Source of the DNA: the human T2T-CHM13v2.0 reference genome, Homo sapiens | Strand: one strand, 5' to 3' | Length of the DNA stretch: 64,000 bases | NCBI RefSeq assembly: GCF_009914755.1 | Contig: NC_060937.1 | Part shown: positions 11,661 through 25,810 of the stretch, in pieces | How the letters are laid out: each line of letters begins with the position of its first letter | Position numbering within the stretch: position 1 is the first letter of the stretch | The notes under the pieces: model-generated | Databases searched by the model: none | What the model saw: the letters and a program-made list of their open reading frames with translations, nothing else | Told to the model about the DNA's origin: nothing | Program-made: the position numbers and the translations under genes

Positions 11661-13519
11661 AGTGGAAAAGGAGGAGGAGGAGAAGGTTGATAATGATATA
11701 GAAATCAATCACAATTTGGCTTTTTTGGTTTGCTTGTTTTTAATATTCATAATAGAAGAAATCCCTACCTAACTAGCACTGAGCATAGATACTCAATTGT
11801 CTTTGTGTCACCTGGCCTTATCAGGCTACCAAAGCATTTCCCTTCATCCTGTAAGGTCTATCCAGGAGAGACAAGGGATTTTGACCATGTTCTTAATTCA
11901 TGAGGTTTCCATAGGGTTTCTGGATTCAGTGTCACACTGATAGGAAGAGTGAAGGGGAACAATTGGAGGTTGCATAGTCATTTCTGTTCTGGAAACCCCA
12001 TCATCTTCTCTATGAAATATTTGCTTCTGTTTGTTTATTTATACTAATATTTTAGAATGAAAACAATAGCAAGCCATAGTATTTTATTTTTATACTTTTT
12101 GAAACTGTCTCAGTTCATGATCTCTAAATAGTGGAGCCTATCTCCGGGGGATGAAATCTGCCCCAGTATAGACAGATATACTCTAACAAAATGAGATATT
12201 CTTATCCTTTTAGTTCCTGAATTTCTTCAGATGAACTGAAGGTGAATTTCATTTTATCTCACTATAAATTACTATTAAGAATGAGTAATATATTAATAAG
12301 TTTCCTGTATAATAGCTCAATGGACTAATATCATGTGGCTACAGCAGAGACCTGATTTTTAGTCATGGTGTACATTGTCACTGGGTCATTCAGTATCCAA
12401 ATAATCTTTCACTCTAAGGCTTATCTTCATCTTAGCATCCAATATGATACAATGCTTGTTTGGCTTAATTCACCAGCTATCATCTGGGTTTTCCTGTTAT
12501 AAAGCAATCTAAAGGGATTGCAGTAAATGAAGCCAATTAAGTCAACCACTCAAGCAAGGAACACATAGTGTTGTCAGACTCTGTTCAGTCAATAATATGT
12601 TCAGTTATCATGTCTTTATTTCTATAGCTATTGAAGGAATTTCTAAGTACATATATCACTTATGTTTAAGATTTTTTTCCTGAATCTTGGAGCTATGTCA
12701 ATATAATGGATCACTGTTATTGTTACGTTTTAAGTAGTAATAATAATATGTTGCTTACACTGAACCATGCAACAAATTAACATGGTACTCTTGGCATTGT
12801 TAACACTTCATTTGAGTTTTAATGAAGAGGAGATAACTAATTTAATTTTGGCATTTAACACTGTACTATGAGAATGAAGTGAAAGTTTTTATCATGAGAA
12901 GAACAATTTTTTTCATAATTCTTTTTTAATGTGCTTTGTGTGTCTTAAAAATTCAGTTTTCATCTTTCTAAATGGGATTGATGCAGATAAATGAAGAAAA
13001 GATAAACATTTCCCATTGTGTGTTCTTTGTAACTGATTGTTTTCTCACTTTTATTTTTTTTAAATCATTGAGTATGTGCTAAATGCTTTGGATTGCAATT
13101 CAAATTCATTCTTTAGGGGTTCAACACATTTATTTCCTTTTAAAATAAAAATAGAAACAATGTAACTGAAAATTAAATCACCAACAGATGAAGATCTTTT
13201 CTTTCCTACCCATTATATTGACAGTTTCATCAGTGCCACTTACATGACATAGAAAATAATACCCCACTTTTATTGAGATTACTATTTCCATAATGTCAAA
13301 TATTTAGAACATTTAAATACATGAAAGCAATAAACTTAAGCCACTTAATCATTTTCTAAAAGTATACAATTTCCTTAAAGAAAAGTCCTTCAGGCTGCCT
13401 TTCAGAGCTTGTGCCTGCTAATTTTAGACATCATTTGGACAAGATGTTTTTAGTTGCTATTAAAATTCACAAATTAGAAGTCTCTCTGTGCACGTGTATT
13501 AGTGTGTATATGGTTGTGA

Positions 13520-13935
13520 GTGTTTCAAAGGCAAGATGTGCTGAAGCCTTGTCAAGGGCAGAAGAAACTGAAGAAGTAGATAATACAGCTAGTGCAAAGG
13601 GAACATGACTCATGTCTTCAAAGAGAGTAGTAGGAAATGAGATGAGAGCAGTAATGGGGAACCAAGTCATATAAGGCTTTGTAGGCTATGGTAAGAGCCA
13701 ACAGGGAGCTATTGGAGTGTTTTGAGCTGAGAAATGACATGATCTGACTTAAACTTTAAAATAAACATTCTGGCTTGTCTGCGAACAGACTGCAGTGAGC
13801 ATGAGAGGCTGAGAGACAAGTTAGCAGGCATTACAGTAAGCCAGATGATATATGATGTTTGTGTGGACCTGAGGGGTAGCAGTAAGGGTGATATAAAGAG
13901 CTGGATACAATTTTGAAGTTAGAGCCAAGTGATGC
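13520..13935 (-). mobile_element. L2 fragment
   Basis: GGCTTTGTAGGCTATGGTAAG...TTTTGAGCTGAGAAATGACATGATCTGACTT, typical antisense L2. Confidence 0.7.
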
Positions 13936-14433
13936 TGGTAATAATGGTCCTGAGTCATTACTTGATTACTTGAAGGTTAAATTGTATTCAGTACTTACTA
14001 TTTGATAGGAAAGAGAATGTACTATCCATTTTGGAAACATTGCCATGAAAATGACAAAAACAAGTCACATTATGTTTTAAATTTTAAAGGGTAGATTTCT
14101 ATTCTGGGATAAATCACTTAACATGAATTAGCACATAATATGACAATCATAGGAAGAGAATTCACCCCTCTCCTGCAAAAAACTAATATCCCTAACAATA
14201 AGCTCCTGAAACACAGCCACTTTCCCTGCATTCAAGTCTTATTTTTTATTGTACATTTGGTTCAGTAAATTCTGATAGTAAGACTTCACAGAAACTGCAC
14301 TGATACGGAATAACCACAAGGGAAATGTCTAGAAAAAAATTTTAAAAGCTACCCTGAAGCAGGAGTACAAATCATAGACTAAAGGGTGATTGATTATTGG
14401 CTATAGGGTGAAAAAGAAAATTTAGACTGAAGA

Positions 14434-14793
<360 letters not shown>

Positions 14794-15369
14794 TTAGATT
14801 ACAGAAAGGGATATCTAGTTGGAAAGCAATACAATAATCTATGTGGGGAATAATGAAGGCATATATTTTCTAAGTATTGCTAGTATTGATGGTAGCCAAA
14901 TTTTATTTTACTACAGGATCTAATGAATGTTTTTTCAAGGCCAATGTTGAAACACATTTGATATAATAATAAAATAAATAGTGTGAGTTGTTCTGTTAAC
15001 CTATATTTCACAAAGTTGAGTAATAGATTTTATAGTCTTAATATTAACAAATTATAAAATTCACAATGCATATTAAAGCATGTAAGGCTATTTATCAAGA
15101 TACCCAAGAGCTCAAATTACAACAAAATCAGTAGTAAATGATTACTTTATGCCAAGCATTATGCTGGGTCCTATGAGGCAATATACAAAAAGTATGAAAT
15201 GTTACTTCAGCAGAGAGAATTTAGAAATATACACATAAGGTTATACATCAACACAGTGAGGGGTTATGATAATAAATATTAAATCTGACAGGAAGATTCT
15301 AGGAAACCACTCCAAAGATTTCTAAGGGGATCTTTGTGTGCAAAGTATGAAATATACATTACCATTTTA

Positions 15370-16110
15370 ACCTGCCTTCTAAACTCCAGCTCTTTATTGC
15401 CAGTTCGTGCTGGCTTTATACCAACTCCATTATACAAAACTCCAATATTCTAAAATGAATTCATTTATTTCTCTATAAGGTGCTTCTTTTCTTTGTATTT
15501 TTTCTGTCAATGAAACTCTTTACTTGCTTATCTCAGAGGTTAGACATATTAAAGTTCACTTTACTTCATACATTTATTTCTCATTTTCCATATCTAATCA
15601 CCTGCTAAATTCTATCAATTCTCTTACCACTACATCTTGAAAATTATCTGCCATTCCCTTCTAAAGTTTCCTCTTCTTAATATCCTGGTTCAGGTTTTCA
15701 TAGTCTACTTTATTTGTTGCAATATCTATCCAACTATCCAACTCCAGGTGTTTGGATTCTAATCTTTTTAATCCATTCTTCACACTGCCATCCAAGTTTT
15801 CTTCATAAAAACAGAAAATTCCATAATTTTTCTTTACAAAAACCATCTGAGGAGCCTCACTATCTACAAAATACTGTTCAAATTCTTTAGAATATCATGC
15901 AAATATCTCAATTACTTGAATCTAAATTACCTCTCCCTTTTCAACATTTCAACAAAATACTTTGCATTTTTATCACATTATCACTTGCATCAATTATTTC
16001 TGAAATTCATGAGTTAATCACACCAGTCAACTCACTACCCTGCAAATATTCCCTAAACTTTACATCCCCTGTGCCTCTTTTTTATATGATTCTCTTGGAC
16101 AGCAATGCCA
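15370..16110 (+). mobile_element. L2 fragment
   Basis: Decayed L2 motifs such as AATCCATTCTTCACACTGCCATCCAAG; boundaries approximate. Confidence 0.6.
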
Positions 16111-16319
16111 TCAAACTCATTTATTATGAATAAAATACCAGTTATAATTTGTCTTTGATTGACTTCAATTTTGGAAAAGAAATTATGGATTCTAGAACTT
16201 TTTAAACAAGAGTTTATATTGGCAATCCTGGGGACTTACGTTTGTGGCATTGTCCAATAAAATTTTTGTTTTAATAAAAATTTGTATTTAAAATATCAGT
16301 AATGAAAAGTGAACAAAAT

Positions 16320-17560
16320 AAAACTACAGAGTTTGATGAATTTGGGCTTGTGACTACAATCATGAATACAGGACCTAGATAAAGAAATGTAACATTGTCA
16401 GTAACCAAAATGCCCTGCCCCTCCCAAGACTATATACTCAACCAAAGATAACCACCAGCTTAACTTCCACAACCATATGTATTAATACGTGTGATCTTCT
16501 TTTACTTTAGATAATAGAACTATTACAATAACACTCTTTTGTGACTACCTTGGTTCACTCAGCATTTTATTTTAGAAACTCTCTACTGTGGCATGTAATT
16601 GTAGCATGTTAATTGTCTCTGCTGTATAGTTTATTCATTCATTGAATGGATAAGGTACAGCATAATTACCCATTCCGATGTTGAGAAATACTTGTGTTTT
16701 TCACAATATTTGGCTAATGTTTATAGTTTTGTAAATATCTTATAACTGTATTTGGTGAACATAGAGATGCATTTCCATGTGTTTTCTGCTCATGATTAGA
16801 ATTACTGGGTCAAGGAAGTAGTAACTTAGTGTTAATAGATTCTGTCAAACAGTTTGCCAAAATGCCTACACCAACTTAATCTCTCACAAACAGAATATGA
16901 GAATTTGAATTGCTCCACATACCTACCAATACTTGACATTTTTGTCTTTCTTAGCTTAGGTATTCTACTGAGTATGTCAGGATGTTAATTTTAGGTTTTT
17001 AATTTGCTTTTCCCTGATGATTAATGAAGTTGTACACACTTTCTAATATTTGTTGGTCACTTGGATAACTTCTGTTGTCAAGTGCTTTTTCAAGTCTTTT
17101 CCTTTTTTTTTTCTATTTTCCTGGTTGAGCTATTTACTATTTATTTAGAAGAGTTCTTTATATAATCAGAAACCTTTGTCAGCTGTATGTGCTGCCAATG
17201 TCTTCTCCCACAACGTGGGTTGCCTTTTCACATTCTTACTGATAACTTTTGATAAAAAGATGTTCTTACCATTAGTAAAACTTATTGTCTCTCCTTTGAG
17301 TACTGATTTTGAATATCTTTTAAGAAATCTCTGCCTTCTCCCAAATTATGAAGATATTCTTATATGTTACCTTATAAACTTTATTATTTTACTTTCCATA
17401 TGTAAATTTATAAATCATCTGAAATTGTTTTTGTCAAAGGAATGAGAAAACAAAATTCTTACTTAAAAAAATAGCCCATCCACAAAGTCTTACTGATTGA
17501 TAATACATTCGTTCATTCTTTTCCCATTGCACTGCAGTATTGAATTTCTGTGTTTCTCTG
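16320..17560 (-). mobile_element. Ancient L1M (L1ME/MC-like) ORF2 end and 3'UTR
   Basis: Antisense L1 motifs: TTTAATTTGCTTTTCCCTGATGATTAATGAAGTTG, TGCTCCACATACCTACCAATACTTG. Confidence 0.7.
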
Positions 17561-18056
17561 AGAATGTTTTGAGCTCTAAATTTTTTTCCAATGGTATTGA
17601 AGAATTACAGACTAATTTAAATTTGAAAATCATATTATATTTATTCTAAAGTATTCGACAATTAACTAGAATTCAATATTCAATACTCCTTTTGTAAACT
17701 ATATATTTTGATTATACATAAAAATTAAAGATGGCACCAGTTTTTTCTTAACTCACTTGTAGTGCTATTTTGTTCTCTAATAGTTAAAATTTTGTTTTTA
17801 GTACTTCATCTAACATCTAAATATTCATGTTTTCTATCTATCTATCTATCATATAAATCCAATCTCACTAAATTACTTCTCTTTATTCATAATATTGTAT
17901 CCTACTTGGGTTGCTCAGTAGTCTTTTTCAACATGTGATTGCTCAATCCTAATTTTCTGTGGCTATTCTCAAGTAATTCCTCCTTTACTCAAATTTGTTT
18001 CCACTCTTTCTGTATCTAGATCTACCAATTCAGCCTCATTATTATATCTTCCAAAT

Positions 18057-19635
18057 GAGCTTAGATCATAATTTCAAAAGACACAATTCCAAATGCCATA
18101 ATCTCAAATGTTGGAATCCCACAAGATCAAAATCTCTAAAGTCTGAAATCCTTTACCTCTAAATGAATCCCCAAAACATAATGACATATTTGGAATTAGA
18201 TGAAATCAAGGCTTCTAAAAGTGAATTTTAAGGTATTACTCATAGTTTGCTTTTCCATTCAGCCCAATGCATTTGGCAGAACATTCCAACGAGTAGATTG
18301 GACATGTGATATGGCAATGACAAAACTTTCGTTTAAAAATGTGTTATTTACTTGCATTGATATTCCTTCTGGCCAATAAAGTTTCAAGTAAATAACTAAA
18401 GCTACCTTTACATGATGAAACCAGGGAAGTCACTGACTGGTTCAAAAATAATTATAGGCATAGTAGGATAAGAAGATGCTTATGAAATGGTGTTGCTGTT
18501 CAGTCACCAATACTGTTTCCGCCAAATTTGTAGTTTGTATATAAATGCATGCAGAATGGATTTCCACATACCCAAAACAGCAGATAAACATGGCATAGAC
18601 AATGGGAACATTTAACAGGGAATGCTGATGTTGGTCTCTATCAACCTATAGAATAATTCCAGAAAGATCAGTGTCACGTAGAAATTAAATGTGACTGTAT
18701 TCTCCAAGGTCAGCCATGTCCTAAAAGAAAAGGAAAAAAAAAACCAGTTATTTCTTGTGCTACAAAGTTTCAAAATATAGTTAATAATCATGATAATCAG
18801 CCAACTTTTATGGATTGCCTATAATCTATACCTGTAATATACTATTTATATGTCAAATTTCCTTTTTAGTTTTCTTAGTTTTTTTTTTTTTAGTTTTGTA
18901 TTTGCTTTTTTTTAACTATTTTAAATTGGTAGCATTATTGTTATAATTTGCTATATTACGTATTTCATCTTCACATTACTTCCAATACTGGAAGCATTTC
19001 TTATAGAGAATTTGAGAGAGTTCTAGTTCATTTTATGCAATCCGTTTTGCAAATTAAACTCCACAAAAGTGCATTATTACAAGGTTGACTCTGTGTAAGC
19101 ACTGAGTGTATGCTTAAGCACTGAAACTTTCTCAATAAATCAATACATGGCCTTTTTGTACATCTGCATTTGTGAAAGATAAAATTTTTCAACATCTTGG
19201 CTATTTGGGCTACTATATATGTGGTGGTAATCCATCATGGTTTTTGATCAATCTAATCAAAAGACTTAGATTGTTCATCATGGTATTATTGATGACTGCA
19301 GGTCTAAAGCTGAGTACACACAATTATCAACACCAATCATAGTTATATGTGTTTGTCAATGTCTATTTTTGACTTTTTTATGAGTATGGTTCATCTGCTC
19401 ATGATTTTTATACCTGTGCAACTATGTTATTATTGTCTATTTTATTGTGTAAAGTGGCCTATAACGTATTTTGTCATGGTTTTACATGTTTCTCAAATCT
19501 CCTTTTAAAAAGGAATATAAATATTTTTAAATAAACTCTTAATTATTTTTTTCTACGGGGATTTCGATCTTTCAGGATTTCAACATTCAGGATTATGGTG
19601 GTTAGGATTGTGTTTTTGGTATTATGATCGGCTCC
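18057..19635 (+). mobile_element. Ricksha-family MULE-MuDR DNA transposon, internally deleted
   Basis: ~80-bp imperfect TIRs (GAGCTTAGATCATAATTTCAAAAGACACAATTCC... / ...GGATTGTGTTTTTGGTATTATGATCGGCTCC), degenerate 9-bp TSD CTTCCAAAT/TTTCAAAAT, and MULE transposase remnants. Confidence 0.9.
18163..18840 (+). pseudogene. MULE transposase C-terminal remnant
   Basis: PQNIMTYLE...FHSAQCIWQNI...VTDWFKNNY...FPPNL*...GFPHTQNSR*TWHRQW...PCPKRKGKKK, with many stops and frameshifts. Confidence 0.82.
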
Positions 19636-19697
19636 TTTCAAAATCTGACTTAAGATGCATTTCTCTTAGAAATACTCTTTTAGATAATCACACCTAT

Positions 19698-20405
19698 TGT
19701 TGCAGTAGGTAGCTAGTCAGACATGAGCAGGGCAAGGCAGCCTGCCTTCACCCACAAACACACCAGGAATGTTAGGCGACCATCAGGTAATGGTCAGATG
19801 GTTGTTAACTGTCTTTCTAAAATAATGATGGGTTGCAGTCAGCACCAGGGAAAGACAGTCTCCCAGTAAACGGAAACACCTGAAACTGGTGATCAGCAGC
19901 TTCCTGACAGGATCTCAGGAATTGGGCGAGCGGGCTCAAACATGTACATTAAGAGGCAAATGGTGGGCTTTAACTGGTATGTGACCCTGTAGGGACATTT
20001 GACTGGTAAGGGAAGAAAACCTCAAATGAGCATGCATGCAGCTCCAGTAAACACACTGCACATGTGGCCTCTTCCAGGTGCTGGCAGGGCACTGAACGCA
20101 CAGACAGCCTGCCCCAAGGGAAGAATTAGGGGGAGAAGGACTGCAAGACCCCAGAAGCATGCCAACAAGTTAAAACCCCAAGTCAAAAGATTAACCGCAC
20201 ACTTGATCTCTCAAGTCGCCCACTTGGCCCTCTTCCAAATGTACTTCCTTCATTCCTGCTCTAGAGCTTTTTAATAAACTTTCACTCCTGCTCTAATACT
20301 TGCCTCAGTCTCTGCTTCTGCCTTATGCTCCTCGTTAAATTCTTTCTTCTGAGGAGGCAAGAACTGAGGTTGCTGCAGATCCATATAGATTTGCCAATGG
20401 TAAGA
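19698..20405 (+). mobile_element. MER50 solo LTR (copy 1)
   Basis: TGTTGCAGTAGGTAGCTAGTCAGACATGAGCAGGGC...GGTAAGA; TSD CTAT on both sides. Confidence 0.88.
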
Positions 20406-21008
20406 CTATAAACTTAATTATTAAGTTATAAATTGTTTCCTGTTCATATATTACTGTATTTTATAGAGCATAAACCACATATGCTTTTTACATTTTCCAG
20501 TTTTCATCTAGACTATTCCTCTAATATTTAACCCTCTTTCTTTTCCTTTTTTGCTATATAAATTCTACCTAGTTAAGTCACCCTTTGTTATTTATCAATA
20601 CCTGGACATTACACTGTGAGCCTTTACAGTAAAAGACCTCTTTAAAAATATTCTCTATGCATTTGGGTTACATAACATGTATATTTAAAGAAAACATTTA
20701 CAACATCAGAATATATTAAACCTTTAAAGAGCATTTATTTAAAAATTTCATTATGAATCTTAAATACCTGTATGTCGTAATGGCCACATACATTTGAACT
20801 ATTGGCCTACAGTTTCTATATTATATTGAACAGTGTCCTTGATTTTTGTTCTTCCATTTTCTAGTTTAATTTGTAGTTAAAAACAGTGCACTTTTCAGGG
20901 AGTACATTATATAGGTTGAAATATGAAAAATACAGCTGAACCACAAAGTTCTAACAGCAAAAACTACTCATTATAAAGTCTGCCCAACTATTGATTCCCA
21001 AAGAAAAC

Positions 21009-21737
21009 CATAACAACCCAAGTTCTTCCTGCCTACTGTATGATAAAAAGACCACAGCATTGTAGTAGAGAAAGAACTTAATAGACACAAGGCCAGTCAC
21101 ACTGAGGAAATGGAGTTAGTATTCAAATCATCTTTTCCAAAGCTCATGGGTTAGGTAAGGGTTTTGAAAAGGCAGTTTGAGGGAAGATGTGGGGGTGACT
21201 AGATTTGCTGTTGATTGGCTAGGACAGAGATGGAATCAAAAGGGGTAGAAACTGTTCTGCATGCTGAATTGCTTCTGGGTGGAGCCATAGGAGTGGAGTT
21301 GGCAGGTCCAGGTGGGCCCAGGTGGAGCCATGGATGTCAGACATGCAAAACAAAAAACAAAAAAACCTGAAAATATATCTCCAAGTGCCAGTCACCAATA
21401 GTGATGCTATCAGCAGGAATAATTGGGAAAGTTGCCTATCTTATAACCTCTGGAATAATGGCTGATAATTGTTTATGTCTAAGCCTTGGCAGGACTCAGT
21501 CTCCTCTTCCCGCTCCCCATCCCCCAGCCTGATGGTTTCCCATTAGTTTTATAAAAGCTGTTGAGTTTGCAGGGAGGCCTATCATCATTTAAACTATAGC
21601 CTAAATGTCTCTCAAGTTAGCTCTGCCCAAAAGCCCAGGAATAATTAAAGGAAAGGCAAGATGTGAGGTGAGTTAGGTCAGATCTCTTTCAGTGTCATAA
21701 TTTTTTCATTGATACAATTTTTGTGAAGGTTGTTTCA
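21009..21737 (-). mobile_element. ERV1 MER4-group solo LTR (LTR8-related)
   Basis: Minus strand starts TGAAACAACCTTCACAAAAATT...GACACTGAAAGAGATCTGACCTAAC; TSD AAAC on both sides. Confidence 0.8.
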
Positions 21738-21869
21738 AAACTCTAGTCTTCCAAATGAGCCAAAGCGAAGTCTTAATAATATTCAAAGAAACCTTCTCTA
21801 TGGTTTATCTGACCTGACTTGTAAAAATGAGAAATAGAAGTGTTTTAGCTCTTTAGATTTTTCTCAAAG

Positions 21870-22437
21870 TGTTACAGGAAAGGAGTCCTGATCCAGACCC
21901 CAGGAGAGGGTTCTTGGATCTCGCACAAGAAAGGATTCAGAGCAAGTCCATAGAGTAAAGTGAAAGCAAGTTGATAAAGTAAAGGAATAAAGGAATGGCA
22001 ACTCCATAGAGCAGCTCCGAGGGCTGCTGGTTGCCCATTTTTATGGTTATTTCTTGATGATATGCTAAACAAGGGGTGTATTATTCATGCCTCCCCATTT
22101 TAGACATATAGGGTAACTTCCTGACATTGCCATGGCATTTGTAAAGTGTCATGGCACTGGTGAGAGTGTAGCAGTGAGGACGGCCAGAGGTTATTCTCAT
22201 CGCCATTTTGGTTTTGGTGGGATTTAGCCAACTTCTTTACTGCAACCTGTTTTATCAGCCTGTCTTATCAGCCTTTACTGCACCCTGTTTTATGACCTGT
22301 ATCTTGTGCTGACCTTGTATCTCATCTTGTGACTTAGAATGCCTTAACCATCTGAAAATGTAGCCCAGTAGGTTTTAGCCTCATTTTACCCAGCTACTAT
22401 TCAAGATGAAGTTGCTCTGGTTCACACGCCTCTGACA
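21870..22437 (-). mobile_element. MER41A solo LTR
   Basis: TGTCAGAGGCGTGTGAACCAGAGCAAC...CCTTTCCTGTAACA; GGGGAGGCATGAATAAT junction lacks the MER41B GAS block; TSD AAAG/AAAA. Confidence 0.9.
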
Positions 22438-22859
22438 AAAAAACATTGTTCATATTATGCTTCTATTTCATGGATTGCAAACACCACTTCTTGGTACATG
22501 CTACCAACAAACATAGAATACAGTGATGACTTAAGATGATGTTGCAGCTATTATACTGGCAGATTTTGCTATTGAAAATAAAACGATATGAAGCTTTTTC
22601 AGTTTCTTTTTAATTTCCCCTGAATAGCTGCAGTACTCACAGACACACTGGATGCTACTCAAATCCTTTATATTTCTAGGTGGTATTTTGTGGCCAGCTA
22701 AATTTCAAATGGAGTGTTTTAGGCATCTCAATATCTAGTTTAACACAGCTAATGTGATTAATGATAAAAATGTATTTATTTCTGATGAATGTCACTTCGA
22801 TATACTAGCTACACAGAACATGTAGCTAGTGATTCATTTCAAATGCATTTTTTTCTATA

Positions 22860-23365
22860 TAGAGTATAGAAATGAAACTATGCAAACATAAATGTAGAGA
22901 TTGAAAATAAAAGTAAATGGTAGAAATAAAAAAAGCAGCAACAAAAATAAATAATCCTTTTGATGACCTATCAGTAGGCTAGACATAGCTGAGAAAAAAA
23001 TCAGTGAACTTGAAAATATGTATATGTCAACAGAAACGTACAAAATTGAAATACAAAGAAAAAAATAGAGAAAAGAACATCCAAGAACTGTGGTACAATT
23101 TCAAAAGGCATAACATACCCGTAATCGACATACCAGAAAGAAAAGACAAAGACAACAAAGAGAATAAATATTTGAAGTGACAATGGCTGAGAATTTTCCA
23201 AAAATAGTAACAGATGGCAAACTACATATCCAGAAAGATCAAAGAACACTGAGTCGTATAAACATTAAATACTAAAACAAACAGATAAACAAAAATACAC
23301 CCAGGCCTATCATATTCATACTGCAGAAAACCAAAGACAAGGGAAAATCTTGAAAGCAGTTAGAC
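22860..23365 (+). mobile_element. Old L1M ORF1 fragment
   Basis: AATCAGTGAACTTGAAAATATG, CAAGAACTGTGGTACAAT, ATGGCTGAGAATTTTCCAAAA, AAAATCTTGAAAGCAG. Confidence 0.75.
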
Positions 23366-25138
23366 AAATTAAGAATATGATATTTTCTGTGGCATAGTAG
23401 ATAAAATTTTGATGAGATAAAGAGAAATCAAAGAGAATTTCTACCTAGAACTTGAATATTTGATCTACATTTTAGCATTTTTTGTATCTATCCAAACTAT
23501 ATTTTATAATCTAGTTTAAGAGATGAATGATTATATATTTTAGTATATATGTGACAACGTATTCCTAGAATACTTCTGTAGACTTTTAAAAAATTGTTAA
23601 GTGGCTTATTTGATTTTCTGTGCTATTATGTGGGAAAGATCATCAAACATTTTAGTCATAGTGAGATGTCCAAATTCTATCATTCTGAAAGGTTTCATTG
23701 AGTCTAGGCCTCTAAGTAAGTCACAGTAGAAAGGTGATCAGTTCTCAGCTGCTGCAGAAAGCTGCGGAAGAACTGGGGTCATCGAAGATAGGGTTCACTC
23801 TGCTCTGACAAACTACACTCAAAAGAATTTGTATTTGTCCTTTCCAAGAGCAGTGTAGAGCAGCTTATAGGATTAAAAGCCTGTCATATAATAAAAGAAT
23901 ATTTCAAAAGTGAAATCAACCCTTAATATCTGTAGAAAATCCTAGACAAGGCTTTCATTTATACTCCTTGGACATCCAACACCTGTACCAATCTTAAACT
24001 GTGGCTATGCAAAGTATAAAATCAGTAGTAATATATTTAAGCAAATCTAAAAATTCACATAATAATAATTAAATTTAGTTAAATTCAATTAAGAATAGCA
24101 TATATGAGATTTTAAAATGCATTATTTTAAAATAAAAAAGCATGTCTACTTATTCACTCAAGAATCCCCTGCATTCCAGAAGCACTGGCAACTGTTCTAT
24201 TTTGTTTCGTGCTAGTGAGGAGAAACAATCTCGGAAAGAAAGGCAGGACTCATTTGCTGAGAAGAGTCAAAGATAAAAGTTCTCTTTCAAAGCCTTCCTG
24301 TCTAAAGAAAAGAAAAAAAAAGGCTTCAGATCTTATTTTCAAGGAATCTTAATATATTAATTACAGTCATTAAGAATAAAAAAACTTAGAATCTCACACC
24401 TTGTCAAGCTGAAAGGTAGTGAAACAAAGATCTACCATTTACTGGTTTGACCTTAAATTATGCTACATTCTAGATTGAAAAATAAAATATAGACAGCTTT
24501 AAAAACTATTTGAGTTTCAGTTTCTGTCATGAAAAAAAATATTGGGATAGCAGTTTTATGTGATGTAAGGAGACTAGACCATTTCTAAAAAGTTCTAAGA
24601 TCAGAGATTCCAAATTTTGTTCTTTATATTGACTAAATTTTTAAAAGGTATTGTTTTAAAGCACACTATAATTTCAAATACATTGTGAAAGTTATTGGGG
24701 GAAATAATTATAAGATATTTGTACTATTAAGGTGCTAACCCATGAACTAAATTAATATAAAATGAAAGAATTAGAAAATATTAAAATACTGAATATGTCC
24801 ATAGTATTTGAACTTCAATAAGCTTTTAAAGATTGCAGTGTTCTTTATAGGTATGACAATAAGAGAAGACATGGATGTAGAAATGGAATATGAATTATGA
24901 TTTTCTAGGTGGGTAGAGGCAGTGGGAGTAGATAAGGGAATCATGTTAACAAAGAAATGCAGTTAGCATAACAGGCGAGGGTTTCAGGAGTCATTGTTTT
25001 CTAATAATTTCTACTCATCTTTCAGAAGTCTTTGTTTCCTAAAAATTTCTATTTATTATTTTCCTACAAAAGATGATAGCTAAAATCTAAGAAAAATTTT
25101 AGGCTTTAAAAAATTTTAACCAATGAAAATCCAAAAGA

Positions 25139-25496
<358 letters not shown>

Positions 25497-25551
25497 TTAT
25501 TTCCATTCTATATTTTCTCTATCTGGTATATAGCTAAACTACCCTTTATTT

Positions 25552-25810
25552 CAGGCATTGGCAGACTGTGTCCTGAATCCAGGCTTTCACCTCTTTTATG
25601 TGGGTGAAATCAAACGTTTTGGGGGGAAAAAAAAGAAGAAAAATACTTCATAACATAAAACTCATTTGAAAATCAAATTGTAATATCTGTAAGTGAAGTT
25701 TTATTGAAACAGCTATACTCAGACATTACATATTTTTGTGACTACTTTCATGCTTCAAAGACAGGGTTGTATAGTTGCTATCTAATTGTGAACCTAGCAA
25801 ATATATGTTC
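25552..25810. mobile_element. MER58A-like hAT MITE, decayed
   Basis: CAGGCATTGGCAGACT start and TGTAAGTGAAGTTTTATTGAAACAGC core. Confidence 0.55.
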
